Origin: Alphaproteobacteria bacterium
Lineage (GTDB): Bacteria; Pseudomonadota; Alphaproteobacteria; JBMOFM01
Length of the DNA: 64,000 nucleotides
Direction: 5' to 3'
NCBI GenBank assembly: GCA_049318825.1
Contig: JBMOFM010000006.1
Coordinates: forward strand, 50,013 to 114,012
Within the stretch, counting starts at the first letter, position 1, and each line of letters begins with the position of its first letter. The translations under genes and the position numbers were made by a program. Below, piece by piece: positions 47,792 to 56,523 of this stretch. Below the pieces are notes generated by a model, which saw only the letters and a program-made list of their open reading frames with translations, searched no databases and was not told the DNA's origin.

Positions 47792-49593
47792 TTGGATTGG
47801 CCATTATCAATTCTCTCCCCCATGAGGGCGCCATAGGCGGTGCTGAAGCCGGGGGTAGTGGCACCATTATATACCCCGCCTTCATGGGTGAAGTTCTGCA
47901 ATAGTTGGGTGTGTACCACCGCTATACCCGCTTGTACCAAATGCTGAACAAGTTGTGCCAATTCTATTCTGTTTTCTATAGCGGTGCCTTGATTTTTTAA
48001 CAGAAAGCGGCAGCGTTGATGATCCACCAGATAGGGGTCCATCAAGCTGGGCCACACCTCTTGCCCACGGTTGGTGATGCGTTGTAGCACATAATTTTCT
48101 CCCGCTGCTTCTTGCAATTGCTGCGCTAAAGATTGCAGAGCAATGATGGTTAATAACCGCCCCTGTTCTTGATATTTTTTCAATAGGGCAAGGGCTTCTG
48201 GTGCTGGCATTTGCTCAATAGATGCCGTGAAATAGCTATTATTAAACGACAAGCCGGCTTTTAAGGTGCGCACCCCCCAACTGATATATTCGCGTACACT
48301 CTCTGTTGTATGAAAATGGCTCACATTTAAGATGTCTTCATAATTTAAGCCTGTTTTCTGGTGCCAATATTGTAGAATATTGGCCTCTAATCCGTGCCAT
48401 TCAATAAACACATCCATCCCTAGAATATCGGTTTTTTGGGCTTTTACCAACATGGGTGGCGCCACGATTTTTTCTTTATGCGCGCGAAACTTATCCCATT
48501 TCAAGCAGCGTGCCTGTAGTGCCCCTTCTGGCACTTTTTGGCCGGATTTTATTTTTTCTAAACGCTGGGCAATTTCATCGCCAAATTCGTGGCAACCACG
48601 CTTTAATGAAACCGATGTTTCTTTCTCTTTTTCTTCTTGGTAAGCCCCGCGAATATCGCCAGTATGCACACCGTCTTGTAATGTCCATAACAGGGCATGG
48701 TATAAATGGCGCGCCGCTGTTTGATTACCATCGCCAATATGCACCAGCATATCAATAGCGGCCATTAATAAAGCCGTGGGGTTGGCCAGATTTTTGCCAG
48801 CAATATCGGGCGCGGTGCCGTGCATGGCTTCAAACATGGCATAATCTTGACCAATATTGGCTGAGCCCACCAAGCCAACGCCCCCCGCTAATTTTGCTGT
48901 AATATCTGAACCAATATCCCCAAAAATATTACTGGTAACCACCGCATCATATTTTTCTGGTTTAACTGCCAGTTCTGCTAGGCCATCATCAATATTTTTG
49001 AAAAATGAGGTGATGTGGGGCTCATATTCTTTAGCCAATTGCCAGAATATTTTTTCAAATAACCCGCCAGTATTTTTCAAAATATTGGGTTTTTCTAGCC
49101 CCAACATGGTTTTTCTACCCTGCTGCAGGGCCAATTCAAAAGCAATACGAATCGCTTTTTCACAGCCTTGATGGCTCATTAAACGCAAGGCCATTTTTAC
49201 ATTGGGGCTTTCATCATATTCAATGGCGGCGTATAAATCTTCAATATTTTCGCGCACAAATAATAAATCCATTTGTGGAAAATGGCTATCCACCACGGGG
49301 TAGAAGGAAGCACAGCGGCGCACCGAAACGCTTTGTTCAAAACCCTTACGCACCGTTACATTAAAGCTTTTACTGCCACCAATAGAAGAGGGGGTTTCTG
49401 TTGGCCCTTTCAGCACTATTTTATGCTTGCGAATAAGCGCAAAACAATCAGTAATTTCTTGCGCGCTGGCTTCTTTACCCAAATGGGCAGGAATAAAATC
49501 GATTTTCGCGCCCACTTTTTGTAAAAGACTAACCACCACATCACTAATTTCAGGCCCAATACCATCACCTTTAACCAAAACCACTGAACGCAT
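47788..49593 (-). CDS. isocitrate/isopropylmalate dehydrogenase-family enzyme fused to a roughly 255-aa C-terminal domain of unknown function
   Basis: N-terminal 345 aa: VVLVKGDGIGPEI, NIFGDIGSDITAKLAGGVGLVGSANIG, GTAPDIAGKNLANPTALLMA. The C-terminal 255 aa have no recognisable motif. Start set to ATG 49593 (RBS ggaga); the track extension to 49794 reads antisense through tRNA-His. Confidence 0.65.
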   Translation of the reverse strand: MRSVVLVKGDGIGPEISDVVVSLLQKVGAKIDFIPAHLGKEASAQEITDCFALIRKHKIVLKGPTETPSSIGGSKSFNVTVRKGFEQSVSVRRCASFYPVVDSHFPQMDLLFVRENIEDLYAAIEYDESPNVKMALRLMSHQGCEKAIRIAFELALQQGRKTMLGLEKPNILKNTGGLFEKIFWQLAKEYEPHITSFFKNIDDGLAELAVKPEKYDAVVTSNIFGDIGSDITAKLAGGVGLVGSANIGQDYAMFEAMHGTAPDIAGKNLANPTALLMAAIDMLVHIGDGNQTAARHLYHALLWTLQDGVHTGDIRGAYQEEKEKETSVSLKRGCHEFGDEIAQRLEKIKSGQKVPEGALQARCLKWDKFRAHKEKIVAPPMLVKAQKTDILGMDVFIEWHGLEANILQYWHQKTGLNYEDILNVSHFHTTESVREYISWGVRTLKAGLSFNNSYFTASIEQMPAPEALALLKKYQEQGRLLTIIALQSLAQQLQEAAGENYVLQRITNRGQEVWPSLMDPYLVDHQRCRFLLKNQGTAIENRIELAQLVQHLVQAGIAVVHTQLLQNFTHEGGVYNGATTPGFSTAYGALMGERIDNGQSN

Positions 49594-49717
49594 ATATTCT
49601 CCTATTGATAAAAGGGCAGTTAGAGAGCCATTTTTCTTTGCATGTGTCATCCTGACTTGAAAACAATATTGACGAAAGAGTAAAAATCTGAATAATGCAG
49701 TTTTATTAGTTAAGCAT

Positions 49718-49793
49718 GGCGGTTGTAGCTCAGCGGTAGAGCCCTCGGTTGTGGTCCGAGTTGTCGTGGGTTCGAACCCCATCAATCGCCCCA
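49718..49793 (+). tRNA. tRNA-His (GTG anticodon), with encoded G-1 and CCA
   Basis: Cloverleaf: G-1, acceptor gcggttg/caatcgc, D-arm tagctcagcggtagagc, anticodon stem ctcgg/ccgag with loop ttGTGgt, T-arm gtgggttcgaaccc, discriminator C, CCA. Confidence 0.85.
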
Positions 49794-49812
49794 TTCTTCA
49801 ACGATAATCTAT

Positions 49813-49885
49813 TCGAACCCACGAATTATTTTTATGTTTTGTTTCGTTGAACGAAACGGGGGTATCGAACCCCATCAATCGCCCT
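49813..49885 (+). repeat. partial direct repeats of the tRNA-His 3' end (att-like scar)
   Basis: ttcgaaccca at 49812-49821 and atcgaaccccatcaatcgccc at 49865-49885 repeat the tRNA segment ttcgaaccccatcaatcgccc (49771-49791). A palindrome gtttcgttgaacgaaac lies between them. Confidence 0.6.
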
Positions 49886-49903
49886 GTTTTTTTGACAATT
49901 TCC

Positions 49904-50491
49904 TTATGGCACACCCGCCAGATAGCCTTCCACCAAAGCAAAGGCCATGGCTTCTGGTGAAGAAGCGCCGGTAATCGCCAATTTGCCTGAAAGAGCTAAA
50001 ATAGTGATGCCATGAATACCCGCCCATAATATTTTGGCGGTTTGTTTTATGCTGGCTTCATCTTGCAGATTGGGGGCAATAGCTGTTTCTAATTGTTGGA
50101 AAAACCGTTGTAATTTTTCTTGATACCATAAGGGTATCTCATAATCTGGGCTGGCATGATACTCAAATAAGCCAAGCCAAGATTGTTGATGCTGCTCGCT
50201 ATATTGCAGATAAAATCGTGCCAAGCGGTGAATTAAGGAAAGATTATCTTCTTGCGCCAAGGCGGCCATCATGGCTTCATACCAATGGTCAAGGGTTTTG
50301 GCGTTAATATGGGTCATTAAATGATCGTAACTACCAAAAACATGATATAAAGTGCCCACGGAATAGCCTATTTTATTGGCCACCGCGCGGGCACTGAAAT
50401 TTTTTATTCCCTGTTCGCTAATCAGTTCATGCCCTGTATCAATAATCAGCTGTACCAATTCATCACGGCTATGATCCGAGCGTCTGGCCAT
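49904..50491 (-). CDS. TetR-family transcriptional regulator
   Basis: N-terminal HTH ...FSARAVANKIGYSVGTLYHVF. About 195 aa. Confidence 0.75.
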   Translation of the reverse strand: MARRSDHSRDELVQLIIDTGHELISEQGIKNFSARAVANKIGYSVGTLYHVFGSYDHLMTHINAKTLDHWYEAMMAALAQEDNLSLIHRLARFYLQYSEQHQQSWLGLFEYHASPDYEIPLWYQEKLQRFFQQLETAIAPNLQDEASIKQTAKILWAGIHGITILALSGKLAITGASSPEAMAFALVEGYLAGVP

Positions 50492-50493
50492 GG

Positions 50494-51555
50494 CTAGCCC
50501 CCCCATAAATGGCGTAAAGATTCTTCAGCTTTTTTATGTTGCGGGGTGAAGTCTATATCCCCCTTACCACCAGCTTGTGGATCGGTGAGCCAACGCCAGA
50601 TTAATACATGGCTGATATAGGGTTTGTTCAGCGTTTCAATCCACCAGCTTAAAATCTTGGCCTGCAACAGCTCATCAAATGGTGCTTGCCGTTCTTCGGG
50701 GCTGCGCCATGGTTCTGCTTGGGCATTTTGTGCCGACATCAAACCAATTTCGGTAATACTCACCGGCTTTTTATAGCGGGCGGAAAGGCGGGCTATTTGC
50801 TGTTCGGTTTGTTGCATTACCCCTTTTATATATTGCTCGTTCGGGGTTTCCCCCATTTTGGGGTAAAGGGTGATGCCAATCTCATCCACCAATGGCCAGA
50901 AAGGAACGCTGAGCGCGCCTTCTATACCATGAGCAACATAGATAATTTTACCGCGATAAACCCGCCTCACCCGCTCAATTAATAAAGGCCAGCGCGGGTG
51001 ATCTTGCGATTTATTCAACTCGGTACCCACGGCAAAATAAGCGCAACCAGCCTGTTGGGCAAGGGTGGCATAATATAAAATCACGCGTTCATAGGCATCA
51101 AACCAATGTTCCCACGCCTCACCATTGGGCGGTTCTATGGCACCCGCCCAACTGCCTTCTACCCATATATGGGGCTTTAGCATAATGGTAAAGCCTTGTT
51201 CGTGCGCCTGTTTAATGCCTTGCAATAAATCATTATCATGCACGGCCCTACCAAAATCTACCCGTGCGGCGCGGTTATTTTCCATCCACGCAAAAGGAAT
51301 AAAGGCCAGAACCCTAGCCCCCACAGAATCGGCCAATTGTAGCGATTGGCGAAACCCAGCACTGCCATAGGGCACATGATCGGCTTGAATAAGGTTAAAA
51401 CCACCCATGGGTTTAATAATGGTGGGGTTACGGGTGGTTTTTTTAAGGGGTGATTTGTTGTATAACCTGCCACCATTCAGTAATAATCCAGCCCCGCCCA
51501 AAATCCCCACAAGGCCAGTAAACATAATTTGCCGCCTGCTCAGCCATTTTGCCAT
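50494..51555 (-). CDS. secreted (Tat-type signal) glycoside hydrolase, clan GH-A-like (GH5/GH26/GH113-type (beta/alpha)8)
   Basis: N-terminal SRRQIMFTGLVGILGGAG looks like a twin-arginine signal. Candidate catalytic acid/base is GTELN and candidate nucleophile is TEIG. Confidence 0.4.
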   Translation of the reverse strand: MAKWLSRRQIMFTGLVGILGGAGLLLNGGRLYNKSPLKKTTRNPTIIKPMGGFNLIQADHVPYGSAGFRQSLQLADSVGARVLAFIPFAWMENNRAARVDFGRAVHDNDLLQGIKQAHEQGFTIMLKPHIWVEGSWAGAIEPPNGEAWEHWFDAYERVILYYATLAQQAGCAYFAVGTELNKSQDHPRWPLLIERVRRVYRGKIIYVAHGIEGALSVPFWPLVDEIGITLYPKMGETPNEQYIKGVMQQTEQQIARLSARYKKPVSITEIGLMSAQNAQAEPWRSPEERQAPFDELLQAKILSWWIETLNKPYISHVLIWRWLTDPQAGGKGDIDFTPQHKKAEESLRHLWGG

Positions 51556-52232
51556 CAGCTTAAAGCCTTACTTAAACTGGCCGCCAGTTTGCGGTATAAT
51601 AGTGTTTCTGCAGTATAAGCTTGCTGCATGAGTTGATAATCAGGGTCAAGCGGCAGTAATTCCCGCGCTACATCGGTCAAATGGCCTTCTTCTTCTTGTA
51701 ATAGGCCTGCCAATGAAAATTCAGAGGGGGTGTATTGTTGATAAGCCCACACCGCCCGTACTTCAACCAACCCCGTTACCAATAAATAACAAGTGCGGGT
51801 AATATGCTGGCTGCGGTTTTTCTGCACCAACCGATTGACCGTGGCATCCAACCGTGCAAAATAGAGGCGGGCGGCACTGGCGGCCAGTAGCTCATCATTT
51901 TCCCATCCCAAGCTTTTTTCGGCCAGTTTTTCTGCTTGCCGCTTAAAGAAAAAAGCATGGCGTGCCTCTTCAGCTAAATGCTGTAATACATCCTTATCGG
52001 GTTGAAGCCCATGCGAATGCGTCGCCATAATTTTGCGGCTGCCAATATGTTCCATCATGGATAGGGTATTGCAAAATTTAGCATGGGTTATTTTATTAGC
52101 CACCACCCGTTGCAATATATGCTCCAGCAATAAATTATCAGGATTGCTGGGGGCAAGCAGGCCAAAAACCTGCCATGGCTCATGCAGCGGCGATGCGGGT
52201 TTGGTCGGTATAGGCGCGGTCGATAAGCTCAT
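51555..52232 (-). CDS. hypothetical protein with two E-x-x-H motifs (possible ferritin-like/di-metal carboxylate protein)
   Basis: EEARHAFFF and EEEGH on predicted helices. Start uncertain (track 52316; MSLSTAP at 52232; later Mets possible). Overlaps the bioA 3' end. Confidence 0.3.
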   Translation of the reverse strand: MSLSTAPIPTKPASPLHEPWQVFGLLAPSNPDNLLLEHILQRVVANKITHAKFCNTLSMMEHIGSRKIMATHSHGLQPDKDVLQHLAEEARHAFFFKRQAEKLAEKSLGWENDELLAASAARLYFARLDATVNRLVQKNRSQHITRTCYLLVTGLVEVRAVWAYQQYTPSEFSLAGLLQEEEGHLTDVARELLPLDPDYQLMQQAYTAETLLYRKLAASLSKALS

Positions 52233-53466
52233 AAACCCGTTCCAATTCTTCAGTGGGGGTACAATAGGGCGGTAATATATATAGCACATGCCCCAATGGC
52301 CGCAATAGCACCCCATGCCTCAGAAACCAGTGCCGCAGGGAAGGGCCTAAACAGGCCAGATAACCAGCATCATCGGCTGGAAATTCAATGGCGGCCATCA
52401 CCCCGCAGCTACGGGTGACGGCATGGTGCTTATTGGCAAAATCCTTCACAAAATCTGCATGTAAGCCGCTAATACGCTTGATCTGTGTGTGGGGTTCATC
52501 GGTTTCCCATATTTTGCAATTGGCTACGGCCGCAGCACAGGCCAAAGGGTTTGCCGTGAAGGAGCTGGAATGGAAAAAACTGCGCGCGCGCGAGGTGCTA
52601 TAAAAGGCTTGATAAATTTCTTCACTGCATAAAGTGGCGGCCAAGGGTAAAAAACCAGCGGTTAAACCCTTGGCGGTGCATAAAATATCTGGCACAACGC
52701 CGGCTTGTTCACAGGCAAATAATGTACCGCTGCGCCCCCAACCTGTCATCACCTCATCAGCAATCACATAAATGCCATGAGCACGCACCATGGCCACCAT
52801 TTGGGCAAAAATTTCTGGCCGCCACATTAACATGCCGCCCGCGCCCAAAATCAAGGGTTCTACAATCATCGCCGCTACTTCTGTGCCATGCTTTTGTAAA
52901 TAATCGGCCAGCCATGCTAGGCTGGCTTGTTCATTGGCTGGGTGCGGAAAAGGAATGCGATCCACCGCAAAAAGCAGCGAATCATAGCTTTGTGAAAAAA
53001 TATTACGCGCTCCCACCGCCATGGCACCAAAACTATCCCCATGATAGGCATGCTCCATGGCTAAAATTCTGGTGCGTGGCGGTTGCTGGTGATCCATAGC
53101 GTGGTGATAATGTGCCCCCACCGCCATTTTCAGGGCAACTTCTACCGCCAAAGAGCCGGAATCAGTAAAAAATACTTTGGATAATCCCTTAGGAGCAAAT
53201 TTCAGCAAATATTGCGCCAATTCTTGTGCAGGGGGGTGGGTGAAACCCGCAAAAATTACCTGATCCAATCGAGCCGCCTGCTCACTAATGGCCTTGACCA
53301 ATCGTGGATCTCCATGGCCATGGGTAATCACCCACCATGAAGATATAGCATCCAGAATGGGGGTGCCCTGTTCAGGAAACAACCAGCACCCTTCAGCACT
53401 TTCTATACTGATAATATTTTCTTCTAACCCATGTTGGGTAAAAGGGTGCCAAATAACAGAGCTCAT
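52180..53466 (-). CDS. bioA: adenosylmethionine-8-amino-7-oxononanoate aminotransferase
   Basis: Class-III aminotransferase with N-terminal IWHPFTQH, DEVMTGWGRSG, and PLP-Lys in CTAKGLTAG. Start moved to MSSVIW (53466). The track start at 53493 lies inside a tandem repeat array. Confidence 0.75.
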   Translation of the reverse strand: MSSVIWHPFTQHGLEENIISIESAEGCWLFPEQGTPILDAISSWWVITHGHGDPRLVKAISEQAARLDQVIFAGFTHPPAQELAQYLLKFAPKGLSKVFFTDSGSLAVEVALKMAVGAHYHHAMDHQQPPRTRILAMEHAYHGDSFGAMAVGARNIFSQSYDSLLFAVDRIPFPHPANEQASLAWLADYLQKHGTEVAAMIVEPLILGAGGMLMWRPEIFAQMVAMVRAHGIYVIADEVMTGWGRSGTLFACEQAGVVPDILCTAKGLTAGFLPLAATLCSEEIYQAFYSTSRARSFFHSSSFTANPLACAAAVANCKIWETDEPHTQIKRISGLHADFVKDFANKHHAVTRSCGVMAAIEFPADDAGYLACLGPSLRHWFLRHGVLLRPLGHVLYILPPYCTPTEELERVYELIDRAYTDQTRIAAA

Positions 53467-53472
53467 TATTGT

Positions 53473-53541
53473 TCCATAAAAAAGACTAGCCATAAAAAAG
53501 GGTTGGCCATAAAAAAGGGTTGGCCATAAAAAAGGGCTGGC
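53473..53541. repeat. 17-bp tandem repeat (about 4 units) in the bioA leader
   Basis: (t/g)ccataaaaaag(a/g)(c/g)t(a/t)g units: tccataaaaaagactag, gccataaaaaagggttg x2, gccataaaaaagggctg. The last unit merges into a terminator hairpin. Confidence 0.7.
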
Positions 53542-53561
53542 ACAATGTACCAGCCCTTTTT
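53535..53561 (-). terminator. intrinsic terminator of the curlin-like gene (bidirectional hairpin)
   Basis: gggctggcacaatgtaccagccc stem-loop flanked by T-runs on both strands, 20 nt after the stop at 53582. Confidence 0.65.
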
Positions 53562-53581
53562 AGGCGAAACCAATAGAAATA

Positions 53582-54691
53582 TTACTGCGTAATAGAAGCA
53601 GTGTTGCTATTGCCTTGTTGAATAATACCAGCAATGTTACCAAAACCAGTTTGTATGAAGCTTTGGTAGTTGCTATCACCAATTTGTGAAGCGGTAATCA
53701 CGTTACCACCACTATATTGGCTAGCATAAATGCTGTTGAAATTACCAATTTGTTCGCCAGAGAAGCTTTGGTAATCATTTTCTTGATACAGCACGATGAT
53801 GTTGCTGTTGCCATTTTGGTAGGCATAAGCATAATCATAATTGCCCAATTGGGTAATATCAATCAGGTTATTTTCACCAAAGCTGTATAAATTAGTTGTA
53901 TTAAATTCACCCACGCGGAACAGGTTAATCACGTTGAACGTGCCAGCACCGCCCGTGCTATCTTGGTAAATAGAATCGGAGTTATTATCCCCAGTTTGGA
54001 TCAGGCTGTAGCTGTTGCCATCGCCATATTGAGAAATCAAACCAAAATTATTATTACCATCTTGCTCTAAATAAGCCTGATTATTGGAGCCATTTTGGTA
54101 CAAAATACCAAGGTTATAATTACCATTTTGCAAAATGCTGGCTAGGTTATTATCGCCATTTTCCTGCACGATGCTGGCGGCATTACCATCGCCATATTGG
54201 CTGATGGAGCCACTATTGCCCGAACCATTATATTGGGTAAGGAAAGTAGCGTTGCCATTGTCTTGGCTGTAAATAGAGCCAATGTTAGAATCGCCAAACT
54301 GAAGAGCATTAGATTGGTTATCATCGCCATATTGGGTGATAGAAAACACATTACCATTACCCACTTGGAAACCATATTGGTAGCCCGAATCGGTAAAATA
54401 AATACCGGGGCCTACAGAATTGCCATTACCATATTGGTTAACGCTAGCATTGTTGCTGTTGCCATTTTGTAAAAAAGGTTGAAACACACCTTCATTCAAA
54501 AAACCAATAATGTTGCTATCGCCTTGCTGATTGCCATAAAAGCTGTTGCCCTCACCGCTTACCTGATCGATACCCACTTGGTTGTTGAGGCCAGATTGGC
54601 TGATGGTGCTGGAGTTGCTATCAGCGTGCGCTGCGCTTGCTGCTAGGGTTAGCACCAACGCCATGGTGCCAAATAGAAAATTCTTGCTCAT
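53582..54691 (-). CDS. secreted curlin-repeat protein (CsgA/CsgB-like functional amyloid subunit)
   Basis: Signal peptide ...AASAAHA, then at least 10 imperfect 20-23-aa repeats with the curlin consensus S-x-I-x-Q-x-G-x-x-N-x-A-x-I-x-Q (ISQYGDGNAASIVQENGDNNLASILQNGNYNLGILYQNGSNNQAYLEQDGNNNFGLISQYGDGNSYSLIQTGDNNSDSIYQ). Confidence 0.6.
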   Translation of the reverse strand: MSKNFLFGTMALVLTLAASAAHADSNSSTISQSGLNNQVGIDQVSGEGNSFYGNQQGDSNIIGFLNEGVFQPFLQNGNSNNASVNQYGNGNSVGPGIYFTDSGYQYGFQVGNGNVFSITQYGDDNQSNALQFGDSNIGSIYSQDNGNATFLTQYNGSGNSGSISQYGDGNAASIVQENGDNNLASILQNGNYNLGILYQNGSNNQAYLEQDGNNNFGLISQYGDGNSYSLIQTGDNNSDSIYQDSTGGAGTFNVINLFRVGEFNTTNLYSFGENNLIDITQLGNYDYAYAYQNGNSNIIVLYQENDYQSFSGEQIGNFNSIYASQYSGGNVITASQIGDSNYQSFIQTGFGNIAGIIQQGNSNTASITQ

Positions 54692-54799
54692 TGAAGACCC
54701 CCTTAATTTTAATTTGGTTAATTTTTTAACCTAGATTAATTTTAAGCAAGCAGCGCGGCAAAAGCAAGCATAAGAGTATGTGTGGAACGCGGTATTCAG

Positions 54800-55876
54800 C
54801 TATGCGTTTTTAGAATAGCTGTGTTCGCTACCTTTCACATCTTGTACTATGGTGGTTTGGGGGGAATAATAACAATAATCCACGGGCACTTTGCCTGCCC
54901 CGCCGGGTATATCCAGCATATAGGTTGGTAAACATAAGCCCGATACGGTGGCCCTAAGCGTCCGCATTAATTCTTGGCCTTCTTCAATACTCAAGCGAAA
55001 ATGGCTGGTGCCCGGTGCAAGATCAGGGTGATGCAAATAATAAGGTTTGATCCCCAGCTCCACTAAGCGGCGAAACAAATTTTCTAAGGCGGCAACATTA
55101 TTATTCACCCCCTTCAGCAATACCGATTGCCCTATTAACTGAATGCCAGCCATGCGCAAGGCTTTAATGGCTTCTATCACTTGGGGCGCTTGTAATTCAT
55201 CCGCGTGATTAACATGCAAGGCTAACCAAGAAGATGGATGCAGGGCCAATACCCGCACCAGATCAGCCGTTATTTTTAGAGGCTCTACCACTGGCAACCG
55301 CGTATGAAAACGCAAGATTTTCACATGGGGGATGGCGATTAAACGTTGCACCAATTTTTCTAAACGCCGTACCGACATCACCAACGGATCACCGCCAGTA
55401 AGGATAACCTCCCAAATGGTGGGGGTGGTTGCAATATAATGAAGAGCGGCTTCCATTTCGGCATCATTCAATACCTCGCCCCCATTGCCCACCATGGCGC
55501 GGCGAAAACAAAAACGGCAATAAACCGCGCATTGATGCACGGGCTTGAATAGCACGCGATCGGGGTGACGATGAACAATACCCTTAACAGGCGAATGCAC
55601 TTCATCGCCAATAGGGTCGGCATTTTCTTGAGGAGTGGTATATAATTCAGCCACTTGCGGTAGATATTGCTTGGCAAGAGAGCCATCAATGCCCTGTTGT
55701 TTAATCTGGTCGGCCAAAAAATGGGGGAGGCGCACATCGTAAATGGCTGCTACCTTCTCTAAGGCCTCTGCTTGTTGCGGTGCTACCAAACCGGTTTCAA
55801 CAAGGTCATGAATATGGGTAAGAGGGCGGGCATTGGCCCTGTTGGGCACAACATCCTGCTGGGGTAATGTTTTCAT
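54800..55876 (-). CDS. KamA-family radical SAM protein (lysine 2,3-aminomutase / EpmB-like)
   Basis: CAVYCRFCFRR is the CxxxCxxC of KamA type. About 358 aa, with a C-terminal zinc-binding Cys region. Confidence 0.75.
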   Translation of the reverse strand: MKTLPQQDVVPNRANARPLTHIHDLVETGLVAPQQAEALEKVAAIYDVRLPHFLADQIKQQGIDGSLAKQYLPQVAELYTTPQENADPIGDEVHSPVKGIVHRHPDRVLFKPVHQCAVYCRFCFRRAMVGNGGEVLNDAEMEAALHYIATTPTIWEVILTGGDPLVMSVRRLEKLVQRLIAIPHVKILRFHTRLPVVEPLKITADLVRVLALHPSSWLALHVNHADELQAPQVIEAIKALRMAGIQLIGQSVLLKGVNNNVAALENLFRRLVELGIKPYYLHHPDLAPGTSHFRLSIEEGQELMRTLRATVSGLCLPTYMLDIPGGAGKVPVDYCYYSPQTTIVQDVKGSEHSYSKNA

Positions 55877-55935
55877 AAAATAGCCATTTTTTACTGGAAG
55901 ATAGCAAATAAACAGGTTGTTGAATAGGAGTATCC

Positions 55936-56523
55936 ATGCCGCGGTTTAACCAACATTTTGCTTTGTGTTTAGTGATGGGGTTGTTATTGGCCGCTTGCGC
56001 TAAGCCGCCAGCCTCATCCATTCCACCCGTTTCTATCCAGTCCAAAGCACCAGTGTTACTGAATGTTGCCCAAATTCAAGTGGTGAATGAAATTCCACCG
56101 TCCAATTCTTCGCGCCAAGTAGAGCAGTGGTTTCCTACCCCGCCATATCAAGCCCTACGCCACATGGTAGAACAGCGTTTTAAGGCCGTGGGTAGTGAAG
56201 GCATTGCCACCATTCATTTGAAAGACATAAAAGTGGTGGAAGAAAATTTGCCCGTTACCGATGGTGTGGCCGGATTATTTGTGAGCGAACCATCCGAGCG
56301 TTACCGTGCTACCCTTAATGTGGCCGTGGATGCCGTTTCTGGCGATAGAACCCGTACCGCCAGCACCGAAATTCGCGCCGAGCAAACCACCACCGTACAA
56401 AAAGGGGCAACCCTTGCGGAACGGGAAGTGGTATGGGATAAATTGCTACAAGATATGCTGCGCCAGTTGGATAATAGCCTGAGTGAAGGGGTGCGGAAAT
56501 ATTTAGGGGCTTTTGTTCAGTAA
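55936..56523 (+). CDS. lipoprotein, unknown function
   Basis: Lipobox LLLAAC; 195 aa. Confidence 0.5.
   Translation: MPRFNQHFALCLVMGLLLAACAKPPASSIPPVSIQSKAPVLLNVAQIQVVNEIPPSNSSRQVEQWFPTPPYQALRHMVEQRFKAVGSEGIATIHLKDIKVVEENLPVTDGVAGLFVSEPSERYRATLNVAVDAVSGDRTRTASTEIRAEQTTTVQKGATLAEREVVWDKLLQDMLRQLDNSLSEGVRKYLGAFVQ

Noticed and set aside
49594-49794. N-terminal 67 residues of track ORF 47788..49794 (MGRLMGFEPTTTRTTTEGSTAELQPP...)
   Set aside because: This stretch is the antisense translation of tRNA-His and its leader. The real start is the Met at 49593, which has a GGAGA RBS.
53473-53541. Possible CRISPR or mini-array
   Set aside because: Only 17-bp perfect tandem units with no spacers. It is a simple tandem repeat.
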